In this document: piece by piece, positions 36,715-44,326 of the stretch
Layout of the letters: each line of letters starts with the position of its first letter
Position numbering within the stretch: the first letter of the stretch is position 1
Virus record (IMG/VR): IMGVR_UViG_3300045912_000789
Location: 64,001-128,000 of that record
Direction: 5' to 3' (one strand)
Length of the DNA: 64,000 nt
Origin: a virus
Made by a program: the position numbers and the translations under genes
Notes under the pieces: generated by a model
Seen by the model: the letters and a program-made list of their open reading frames with translations, nothing else
Told to the model about the DNA's origin: nothing
Databases searched by the model: none

Positions 36715-38548
36715 GGCATCGAGACCCATCTTCGCCGACATCGACTACAGCTCCTTCGAGGGTGGGGACCGCTCGAAGCAAAGATACGTCGATGATCCGT
36801 TCGCCACCAGCGCTGCCCGGGCGGCTCGGTCGCCGGCGCAGATCGCGCTGCGCACCTCCCAGTGGACCTCCCACATGGTGCGGGTGAAGGACGGCGACCG
36901 GGGGCGGGTCTCGCCCATGGTGTTCGATGAGCGGCGCTACCTGCTGCGGCCGTACGACACCGAGGCGCGCGAGATCCTCTTCATGACCAGCCGCCAGACC
37001 GAGAAGTCGACGACGCTAGGCAACAAGCTGATCGCGCTCTGCGGGATGAACTGGTACCAGAACGCTCTGTTCGTCACCCCCTCGGCGACGCAGACGAAGG
37101 TCTTCAGCTCGGCGCGTATCGACGACATCGTCGAGATCAGCCCGATGGTCAAGGCGCTCACCCACAAGAGCCTGACCTGGAACATCCTGGAGAAGGAGTT
37201 CCTCACCCAGTCGAAGATCTACCTGCGGTACGCGTTCCTCAACGCTGATCGTATCCGCGGTATCTCGGTCAGCAGCATCTTCTACGACGAGGTGCAGGAC
37301 CTCCTGAAGGACGTCATCCCCGTCATCCGTGAGTCCGCGTCGCGCTTCCGCAACGCGCTGCACGTCTACTCGGGTACGCCGAAGACGTTCGACAACTCGA
37401 TCGAGGGGATCTGGGGAAAGCAGTCGACCATGTCCGAATGGGTAGTTCCGTGCGAGCACCACACCCCCTGCCACTGGATCGTGCTGGGGCCGAAGAACAT
37501 CGGGAAGAAGGGGCCCATCTGCGAGCGCTGTGGGCACGCGATCAACCCCGAACATCCGCAGGCGCAGTGGGTGGCGATGAACCCCGGCGCGACCGTCGAG
37601 GGCTACCGCATCTGCCGTCTGATGGTGCCCTGGTACTTCAAGCCGGACTTCACCGACAAGGACCCGTACAAGGCGTGGAAGTCGATCATCCACACCCTGG
37701 AGACCTATCCCACCGCTCAGTTCATGAACGAGGTCATGGCGATCTCGTACGACAGCGGAACGAAGCCGCTGACGCGCGGTGAGGTGGCCCGGGCGTGCGA
37801 CGAGACCGACACGTACATGATGGACGAGGAGCAGGTCGCAGAGCTGGCGAAGTCGCACCAGCTCTACGGCGGGATCGACTGGGGCACCGGCGAGAACGCC
37901 TACACCGTCATGACGGTGGGCGGGTACGTCCGTGGGGACAGCAGCTTCCAGATCCTCTACGCCAAGCGCTTCGACGGCTTGCTCACGGACCCCGAGCCGC
38001 AGATGAAGGAGATCATCCGGCTCATCAACCGGTTCCGCCTGAAGTACGTCGGCTGCGACTACGGCATGGGCTTCGTGCAGAACAAGAAGCTCACCAGCAT
38101 CTTCTCGGCCAAGAAGATCTTCCAGTTCCAGTACGCCGCCCGAGCGCCGAAGAAGATCGTCTACAAGGCAGCCCTGAACCGGTCGCTCGTCTTCCGCACG
38201 GCGGTGATGGCGGACATCTTCTCGGCGATCAAGACGATGAAGATCCGGCTGCCGTCGTGGGAGGTCTTCAAGGCCCCCTACGCCGAGGACCTGCTCAGCA
38301 TCCACGCCGAGTACTCGGACACGCTGCGCATGATCAAGTACGACAAGCCACGCAGCATCCCCGACGACACCTTCCACTCGATCCTCTACACGATGATCGT
38401 GAGCTTCTTCGATCACCGACGACCCGACATCATCGCGCCCATCCAGGAGGTCTCGACCGAGGAGGCCGCCGCGCGTGTCCGCGAAGAGGTCGCCATCGAA
38501 GAGATCGAGATGCACGTGGCGAACGACTGGTCGCGCAGCGAATGGTAG
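36713..38548 (+). CDS. terL: terminase large subunit (GpA-like)
   Basis: SRQTEKST, YDEVQD, SGTPK, Zn finger, nuclease GIDWG and PDDTFHS. Confidence 0.9.
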   Translation: MASRPIFADIDYSSFEGGDRSKQRYVDDPFATSAARAARSPAQIALRTSQWTSHMVRVKDGDRGRVSPMVFDERRYLLRPYDTEAREILFMTSRQTEKSTTLGNKLIALCGMNWYQNALFVTPSATQTKVFSSARIDDIVEISPMVKALTHKSLTWNILEKEFLTQSKIYLRYAFLNADRIRGISVSSIFYDEVQDLLKDVIPVIRESASRFRNALHVYSGTPKTFDNSIEGIWGKQSTMSEWVVPCEHHTPCHWIVLGPKNIGKKGPICERCGHAINPEHPQAQWVAMNPGATVEGYRICRLMVPWYFKPDFTDKDPYKAWKSIIHTLETYPTAQFMNEVMAISYDSGTKPLTRGEVARACDETDTYMMDEEQVAELAKSHQLYGGIDWGTGENAYTVMTVGGYVRGDSSFQILYAKRFDGLLTDPEPQMKEIIRLINRFRLKYVGCDYGMGFVQNKKLTSIFSAKKIFQFQYAARAPKKIVYKAALNRSLVFRTAVMADIFSAIKTMKIRLPSWEVFKAPYAEDLLSIHAEYSDTLRMIKYDKPRSIPDDTFHSILYTMIVSFFDHRRPDIIAPIQEVSTEEAAARVREEVAIEEIEMHVANDWSRSEW

Positions 38549-38566
38549 CAAAGTGAGATTGCCGAG

Positions 38567-38588
38567 GCCCCGAGCTTTCGCCCGGGGC
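38567..38588. terminator. hairpin between convergent genes
   Basis: gccccgagc-tttc-gcccggggc. Confidence 0.5.
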
Positions 38589-38611
38589 TCCGGCTTCCTC
38601 ACTCGCCGCGG

Positions 38612-39166
38612 TCAGCGGCTGGCGCGCTCGGGCGCGAACGGCCCGACCTCGGCGACGTACATCCCGACGCCCGTGGCCGCGCCGGCCACGACCGTCGCGC
38701 CCAGGACGCCGAGCGCGACCGCCTGCCAGGTCTCCAGGCCCTTCTTCGGCGCCTGCACGAGCCCACGCTCGTACGCGGCCTCGATGCCGATGGCCTGGAG
38801 CCCGCGCTCCGCGATGCCCTTCACGACCGGACCGGGATCCGCCGTGGTGAGCGCGCTGAGCGCCTGGTCCTTGGTCACCGGCACCTGGACCGGCTCCCAG
38901 GGGTTGGCGAGGCCGACCTTCGCCAGCCAGGAGTCGTTCTGCTTCGGCGCCTGGAGCGTCGGGGTCGGCGCGCCCTGGGCGGGCGCCGCGGCGGGCGGCG
39001 CGGCGACCGGGGCCCGGAAGCCCTTCGTCACCTGCGCGAGCGCCTCCGCCATCATCTTGCGGTTCTCGGCCACGAGGTTCTCGTGGTTGGCCTTGCCGAT
39101 CTCCTGGACGCGGCTGATGAGGGCCTGGAACTCGGGGGACATCTGGGTCTGGGTCTCGGTGGTCAT
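38612..39166 (-). CDS. hypothetical protein with C-terminal transmembrane helix
   Basis: AAGGAG RBS; WQAVALGVLGATVVAGAATGVGMYV. Confidence 0.7.
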   Translation of the reverse strand: MTTETQTQMSPEFQALISRVQEIGKANHENLVAENRKMMAEALAQVTKGFRAPVAAPPAAAPAQGAPTPTLQAPKQNDSWLAKVGLANPWEPVQVPVTKDQALSALTTADPGPVVKGIAERGLQAIGIEAAYERGLVQAPKKGLETWQAVALGVLGATVVAGAATGVGMYVAEVGPFAPERASR

Positions 39167-39213
39167 CGTGGTCTCTCCTTCGATTCGGTGTTGGTGAGCG
39201 TTCTGCTCCTCTA

Positions 39214-39245
39214 CTGCTCATAGCCGATCTTGCGACGTTTTTGAC
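39214..39245 (-). promoter_or_regulatory. Phage-specific promoter-like motif GTCAA-N16-GCTATGAGCAG
   Basis: Same motif and spacing as at 25672. Confidence 0.6.
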
Positions 39246-39300
39246 GCTGATCGCCCATGGCAAGCCCAGGAGACACCCGATCAGCGCCTCCTTTTTCGAT

Positions 39301-39331
39301 CGCTTATAGCTGGATTTAGCGGCGTTTTGAT
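39301..39331 (-). promoter_or_regulatory. Phage-specific promoter-like motif ATCAA-N16-GCTATAAGC
   Basis: Same spacing; followed by AAGGAGG. Confidence 0.55.
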
Positions 39332-39687
39332 CGCCGCCGCCGGACCTGGCGATCGTCCTCGTCGGCCTCTTCCTCGGCCACCTCTACCCGGACCCTCGGG
39401 TATTCCGCGTCGATCTTGTCGCGGATGCCCTCGGCCAAGGACCGGTCGGCGATGAGGATGCTGGCGACGGTCTCCAGCTTCTCGGCCTTCTCCAGCCGGT
39501 GGCGGTGGCGCTGCTCGGCGCGGTCCTTCGCCTGGCGCTCTTCTCGCTCATCGCGAGACGTTTCGATCCTGTGCTCGACCCATCGGTAGAGCCCGACCGA
39601 GGCTCCGCCGGCGAGGGTGACGCACGATAGGCCGAGAGCCACCACTGCATCGTGGTGGCTCAGGATCTCCCGGATGATCTCGTTCAT
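39316..39687 (-). CDS. single-TM coiled-coil protein (123 aa)
   Basis: TGATG coupling to gyrB; N-terminal hydrophobic helix. Confidence 0.65.
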   Translation of the reverse strand: MNEIIREILSHHDAVVALGLSCVTLAGGASVGLYRWVEHRIETSRDEREERQAKDRAEQRHRHRLEKAEKLETVASILIADRSLAEGIRDKIDAEYPRVRVEVAEEEADEDDRQVRRRRSKRR

Positions 39688-41627
39688 CAGATATCCAGCT
39701 CCCCGACGAACAGGGCGTTGTTCTCGATGAACTCCCGCCGGGCGTCGACGTTGCTGCCCATGAACAGGTCGAAGTAGCGCTCCGCGGCGATGGCGTCGGT
39801 GATCTCCACCTGCTTCAGCGCGCGTCCTTCGGGGTTCATGGTCGTGGCCCAGAGGTCGGGTGCGTTCATCTCGCCCAGACCCTTGAACCGCTGGATCTGG
39901 AGAGTCTTCCGCTGCTCGGTCGACAGCCCCTCGCGGAGCGCGTCCAGCGCGGCGTCGTCGGTCAGGAACTGGATGTTCTTCCGACCCGGGATCTTCACGC
40001 CGTACAGCGGGGGCTGCGCGATGTAGAGGTGGCCCTTGTAGACCAGCTCCGGCATGCACCGGTAGAAGAACGTCAGGAGCAGCGTGCGGATGTGCGCGCC
40101 GTCGACGTCTGCGTCGGTGAGCAGGATCACCTTGTGGTAGCGGAGCTTCGAGAGGTTGAAGGTGTTCGCCTGAACGATCCCGCAGTCCAGGGCGGTGATG
40201 ATGGTGCCGATCTCCTTGTTCTCCAGGATGCGGTCCGCGCCCTCGTCCTCCACGTTCAGCACCTTGCCGCGGAGCGGGAGGATCGCCTGGAATCGCCGGT
40301 CCCGGCCGCCCTTCGCCGAACCGCCGGCGCTGTCACCCTCGACGATGAACAGCTCGCACTCCTCCGGCTTCTTCGACTGGCAGTCGGCGAGCTTGCCGGG
40401 GAGGTAGCTGGCGTCGAGCCACTCCTTGCGCTGCACCCCCTCGCGCGCCTTTCGGGCTGCCTCGCGCGCCATCGCGTTCACCACCGCGCGCTCAGCGATC
40501 TTCTTGGCGACGCCGGGGTTGTCCTTGAAGTACCACTCCACCTGGTCGACGAACATCTGCTCGACGAGCGTCTTGGCTTTCGGGGTGACGAGCTTGTCCT
40601 TGGTCTGGCTGCTGAACGCGACCTCCGAGATGCGGAGGTTGACGATCGCGACGATGCCCTCTCGGATGTCGCCGCCGGTGAGCCCGTCCTCGGGCAGGTT
40701 CTTCAGGAGGTTGTGCTCCTTCGCGTAGGCGGTGACGAGCCGGGTGAGTCCGTTCTTGAAGCCGGTGAGGTGCGTCCCACCGTCACGGTTGTACGTGTTG
40801 TTGGCGTAGCACCGGATGTCCTCTTCGTGGCTGTCGGTCCAGCAGAAGACGAGATCGCAGTTCGACCGGTCGCTGAACGACAGGATCGGGATGAGCGTCT
40901 TCTTTTTGCCAACGACCTCGGCGAGGTAGTCCTTCACGCCGCCCTTGTAGAAGTACGTCTCCGACCACTCCTTCTTGGCGCGCTTGTCGGTGAAGACGAT
41001 CGTCAGGCCGGGGTTCAGGAAGGCCAGCTCCCGCAGGCGCTCGCCGACCTGCTTGCGATCGTACTCGGTGACGCCCTTGAAGATCTGGAGATCACGCTTC
41101 CACGTCACCTTCGTGCCGTGCTTCGTCGTGCGGTCGCCCTTGTGGACGTTGTCCTCGGGGATCCCGCGCTCGTAGCGCTGCGTCCAGATGAAGCCGTCTC
41201 GATGGACCTCGGCCACGAGCCACTCGCTCACGGCGTTGACTGCCGAGACGCCGACGCCGTGGAGACCGGCGGACTTCTCGTAGCTGCCCTGGTCGAACTT
41301 CCCGCCGGCGTGCAGATCGCACATGACCATCTGGAGAGCGGAGACCTTCTCCTCGGGGTGGATGTCGGTCGGGATGCCACGGCCGTTGTCCACCACCTCG
41401 CAGATCCCGTCTTCCAGCAGCGTCACGTGGATCTGATCGCAGTGCCCACCGAGATGCTCGTCGACGCTGTTGTCGACGACCTCCTTGATGCAGTGGTGCA
41501 GGGCGTCCCCGCTGGTCGGGTCGCCGAGGTACATGCCGGGACGCTCACGAACGGCCTCCAAGCCCTTCAGCTTCCGGATGGCGCCGGCGTCGTACTTCTT
41601 CGGTTCGATCTTGTCCTTCTTCGCCAC
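39687..41627 (-). CDS. gyrB: DNA gyrase / type IIA topoisomerase subunit B
   Basis: LEAVRERPGMY, EVVDNSVDE, DNGRGIP, GLHGVGVS, VEGDSAGG, PLRGK, DADVDG, RFKGLGEM. Confidence 0.95.
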   Translation of the reverse strand: MAKKDKIEPKKYDAGAIRKLKGLEAVRERPGMYLGDPTSGDALHHCIKEVVDNSVDEHLGGHCDQIHVTLLEDGICEVVDNGRGIPTDIHPEEKVSALQMVMCDLHAGGKFDQGSYEKSAGLHGVGVSAVNAVSEWLVAEVHRDGFIWTQRYERGIPEDNVHKGDRTTKHGTKVTWKRDLQIFKGVTEYDRKQVGERLRELAFLNPGLTIVFTDKRAKKEWSETYFYKGGVKDYLAEVVGKKKTLIPILSFSDRSNCDLVFCWTDSHEEDIRCYANNTYNRDGGTHLTGFKNGLTRLVTAYAKEHNLLKNLPEDGLTGGDIREGIVAIVNLRISEVAFSSQTKDKLVTPKAKTLVEQMFVDQVEWYFKDNPGVAKKIAERAVVNAMAREAARKAREGVQRKEWLDASYLPGKLADCQSKKPEECELFIVEGDSAGGSAKGGRDRRFQAILPLRGKVLNVEDEGADRILENKEIGTIITALDCGIVQANTFNLSKLRYHKVILLTDADVDGAHIRTLLLTFFYRCMPELVYKGHLYIAQPPLYGVKIPGRKNIQFLTDDAALDALREGLSTEQRKTLQIQRFKGLGEMNAPDLWATTMNPEGRALKQVEITDAIAAERYFDLFMGSNVDARREFIENNALFVGELDI

Positions 41628-41629
41628 GG

Positions 41630-41887
41630 TCACTCCATTCCCACGAGGTGCCAGATCAGTCCGATGTGGTGCTGGACGATCGGGTTGCTCTTGTACTTGT
41701 CGCCCAGCTTGCGGCTGATCCCGACGTAGGAACGCCGGAAGCATTCCTGGTCGTACGTCGAGAACTGCGGCCACAGCTCTCTGATCGCGCGGTAGTAGTT
41801 GATGATCTGCTCTGGGTCATCATCCATCGCACTGGCTGCCCAGTGCAGGACCCAGAACAGGGTGCCTTCGGCGACCTTCACGGCCAC
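41630..41887 (-). CDS. hypothetical protein (~85 aa)
   Basis: Directly upstream of gyrB; start may be GTG 41881. Confidence 0.6.
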   Translation of the reverse strand: MAVKVAEGTLFWVLHWAASAMDDDPEQIINYYRAIRELWPQFSTYDQECFRRSYVGISRKLGDKYKSNPIVQHHIGLIWHLVGME

Positions 41888-41896
41888 CCGAGGTAG

Positions 41897-42376
41897 CTAC
41901 GTACCGGCCTTCTGTGCGCTTCCATGTAGACCTCCTCGCCTGCTGATAGCTGCGAGGACGGTCTTGATCCGCAGGGGGTTGCCGGCGACGTCGCGCGGAG
42001 CGATCTTGCGCAGGCCCTGGAGGTTCAGCAGATCCTGCGCGATGCTCAGGAGGTGTTGTCGGCAGGTCTCCAGGTCGATGCCGTTCTCGATGAAACGATC
42101 GAGCAGCACGAGGAACGGGTGCCACGGGGTGGGGTCGCGCAGACGACGGGCCATCAGGAGCAGCGCCCGGGCGTCGAGGACGTAGATCTGGCGCTCCCAG
42201 TGCCGAGCCGTGACCTCGTCGTCGAACGCCTCCTGCCGGCAGGCGTCGAAGTAGAGCGTGGTGAGGTGGGTGGGGTGCGGTAGCTGGTGGGCTGCGCCGA
42301 GCAGCAGCGTCTCCACGATCCCCATCTTCCGTGAGAGATCTGCGAGGGTCGCGCGGTCGGCGAGGGTGTCGGTCAT
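41897..42376 (-). CDS. hypothetical protein (159 aa)
   Basis: AGGA RBS; protein-like ORF. Confidence 0.55.
   Translation of the reverse strand: MTDTLADRATLADLSRKMGIVETLLLGAAHQLPHPTHLTTLYFDACRQEAFDDEVTARHWERQIYVLDARALLLMARRLRDPTPWHPFLVLLDRFIENGIDLETCRQHLLSIAQDLLNLQGLRKIAPRDVAGNPLRIKTVLAAISRRGGLHGSAQKAGT
41940..41950 (-). promoter_or_regulatory. Phage-specific promoter-like motif GCTATCAGCAG
   Basis: Shares CGTCCTCGCAGCTATCAGCAGGCG with the 25672 copy. Confidence 0.6.
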
Positions 42377-42415
42377 GCGATTCCTGGTGCGTTGAGGGAT
42401 CCGATCCTGTATGTA

Positions 42416-42445
42416 TTCCCCTAACGGGCCGAAGTAGGCTACCAT
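42416..42445 (+). promoter_or_regulatory. sigma70-like promoter TTCCCC-N18-TACCAT at the start of the head operon
   Basis: Good -10, weak -35, same 18-nt spacer. Confidence 0.35.
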
Positions 42446-42471
42446 TCGGCCAGATCCCCGTGGAGACCCTC

Positions 42472-43293
42472 ATGACCAGCCACGACACCTCCCCGTTCAT
42501 CGGGCGGTCCGTCGATCCCCAGAGCCTGGAGGCGATGGGGAAGCAGGCTGCCCGTGCCGCCGAGACGGCCGGGATCAGCATGACCGACGCCGTCGTCCAG
42601 ACGATCGGCCACGTCAAGCTGAACTCCGAGCAGGTCCGGCGCGTGGTCGAGTACGCCAACATCGAGATGTTCAACCGCAAGTTCGCGGCGATGTCGGGGT
42701 ACGTCCGCGCGGTCCACATCGACGGCGGTCCGGCGGACCCCGTCCAGGTCATGCAGAACCTCAACGATGCGGCTCGGCCGCGGGAGGTGATCGTGGACTC
42801 CATGGAGTACTCGATGCCGCCGGATCTCGTGAAGTCGTCGGGTGCGATGCACTTCGACTTCGTCCCGGAGCGCACGCGCGCCGGGGCGCTGGGCGAGGTG
42901 TACGCGCTCCAGTCGAAGCTCTCGTCAGCTCACGACGAGCTGGTGCAGAACTTCGAGGCCTCGAAGGAGCGCCTCTCGGAGGCCTTCACGCGCCTGATCG
43001 ATCAGGTGAAGTCGGCCTCCGCCGGCGGAGCAACCCCGGAGGAGATCTACGCGGCCTGGCACCGGGTCCACCCGGAGCTGGCGAAGATCGCCTACGACAA
43101 GCTCAAGGTCGCGATGCGCTCCGACAACGAGAAGGTCGCGGGTCGGATGATCAACCCGGACGCGAAGGTCGTCTCGATCTTCCGCGACTTCGTCAAGGAG
43201 TCGCTGAGCACCGAGGCGCACACCCACGCTCTGCGGAACGTCGAGGCCGAGCTGAGCAAGGTCTCGTCGTGGCTGCGGAAGCACGGAGGCTGA
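42472..43293 (+). CDS. putative head-associated protein (273 aa)
   Basis: GGAG RBS; KQAA, KSAS, KIAY and KVAG sites. Confidence 0.7.
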   Translation: MTSHDTSPFIGRSVDPQSLEAMGKQAARAAETAGISMTDAVVQTIGHVKLNSEQVRRVVEYANIEMFNRKFAAMSGYVRAVHIDGGPADPVQVMQNLNDAARPREVIVDSMEYSMPPDLVKSSGAMHFDFVPERTRAGALGEVYALQSKLSSAHDELVQNFEASKERLSEAFTRLIDQVKSASAGGATPEEIYAAWHRVHPELAKIAYDKLKVAMRSDNEKVAGRMINPDAKVVSIFRDFVKESLSTEAHTHALRNVEAELSKVSSWLRKHGG

Positions 43294-43294
43294 T

Positions 43295-43576
43295 GTGACG
43301 TACCGAGCAACCTCGAACGCGATCCAGCTCCTCAAGACCGCCTCGGCCCTCCAGACGGGTGAGCGGGCGGCGAAGGCTCTGAAGGGCCTCGTCGTCGGCG
43401 GCACCAACCTGGGTGCCGGGGTGGCCAAGGGACTCGATCTCCCCGAGAACGTCGGCCGGGCGGCGGCCATCGCCGGGATGGGCGGGGCCGCCTACGTCGG
43501 CGGCAAGCGCGTCAAGCGCAAGGCAGACGAGCTGAAGTTCCGGCTCATGTACGGCGACCCGGCCCAGTACTACTGA
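43295..43576 (+). CDS. small glycine-zipper protein with LLKTAS leader
   Basis: VGRAAAIAGMGGAAYVGG segment. Confidence 0.7.
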   Translation: MTYRATSNAIQLLKTASALQTGERAAKALKGLVVGGTNLGAGVAKGLDLPENVGRAAAIAGMGGAAYVGGKRVKRKADELKFRLMYGDPAQYY

Positions 43577-43585
43577 GGAGCGATC

Positions 43586-44326
43586 ATGGCAGCCAAGTAC
43601 GCATCGGGCAGCAGCACGTTCGGCAAGCTCCTCTCGGACCCGCACTTCTGGGCGCCGGCCGTCGCGATGGGAGCCGGAGTCGCGGTGACCGGCGCGGCCG
43701 GGGCCGTCCAGAAGCTCGTCGACGCCAGGCAGCAGGCGCGGTCGTTCAAGGAGATGCTGGAGCTGCATCCGCAGCTCAAGACCCGGGATCAGGCGTTCGT
43801 GAAGCGCATCTACACGAGCCTCCACAACGTCAACCCGATGATGGCCCGCGACCCGATGGTCGCCGGAGCCTGGACCGACACGATCATCGAGAGCGGCGGG
43901 CTCGATCAGGGCGCCGCCGCTCGTGCGCTCCTCGAAGGCGTGAAGGACTTGGCGCAGATCCGGTCCTCGATCTCGCAGGCGAAGCAGCGCGAGACCAGCG
44001 CCCCGAAGGCCATCGGCGCCGGCGTCAGCCGGATGGTCGAGCACGGCTTCGCGCGAGGGAAGGAGCTGGAGCGCGAGCACGGCGATCTCGCCGCGGCCCA
44101 CAAGCAGATCAAGGACATCCAGGAGGCGGGCATCCAGGAGCGGGCCCACCGACGAATCGAGGGCCTGACCCGCGCCTACACCGACGCCGCCAGCCGCATG
44201 GAGAAGCTGGTGCAGGGCGGGCACGTGACGCCGCAGCGCGTCGACCAGCTCATGGGCGCCGTGATCAAGAAGCACAGTTCCGCGACGACTCCCGGACAGA
44301 AGCTCATCGCGGCCTGCCGAGGCTGA
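43586..44326 (+). CDS. hypothetical protein with N-terminal hydrophobic Gly/Ala segment
   Basis: GAGGAG RBS; KYAS near the N-terminus. Confidence 0.7.
   Translation: MAAKYASGSSTFGKLLSDPHFWAPAVAMGAGVAVTGAAGAVQKLVDARQQARSFKEMLELHPQLKTRDQAFVKRIYTSLHNVNPMMARDPMVAGAWTDTIIESGGLDQGAAARALLEGVKDLAQIRSSISQAKQRETSAPKAIGAGVSRMVEHGFARGKELEREHGDLAAAHKQIKDIQEAGIQERAHRRIEGLTRAYTDAASRMEKLVQGGHVTPQRVDQLMGAVIKKHSSATTPGQKLIAACRG

Noticed and set aside
39316-39687. Holin call for the single-TM protein
   Set aside because: No endolysin nearby; coupled to gyrB in a non-structural operon; evidence insufficient
25735-41627. rpoBC, gyrB, recA and polA as bacterial housekeeping genes
   Set aside because: Highly divergent, lack ribosomal-operon context, and are interleaved with terminase, portal, capsid and tail genes
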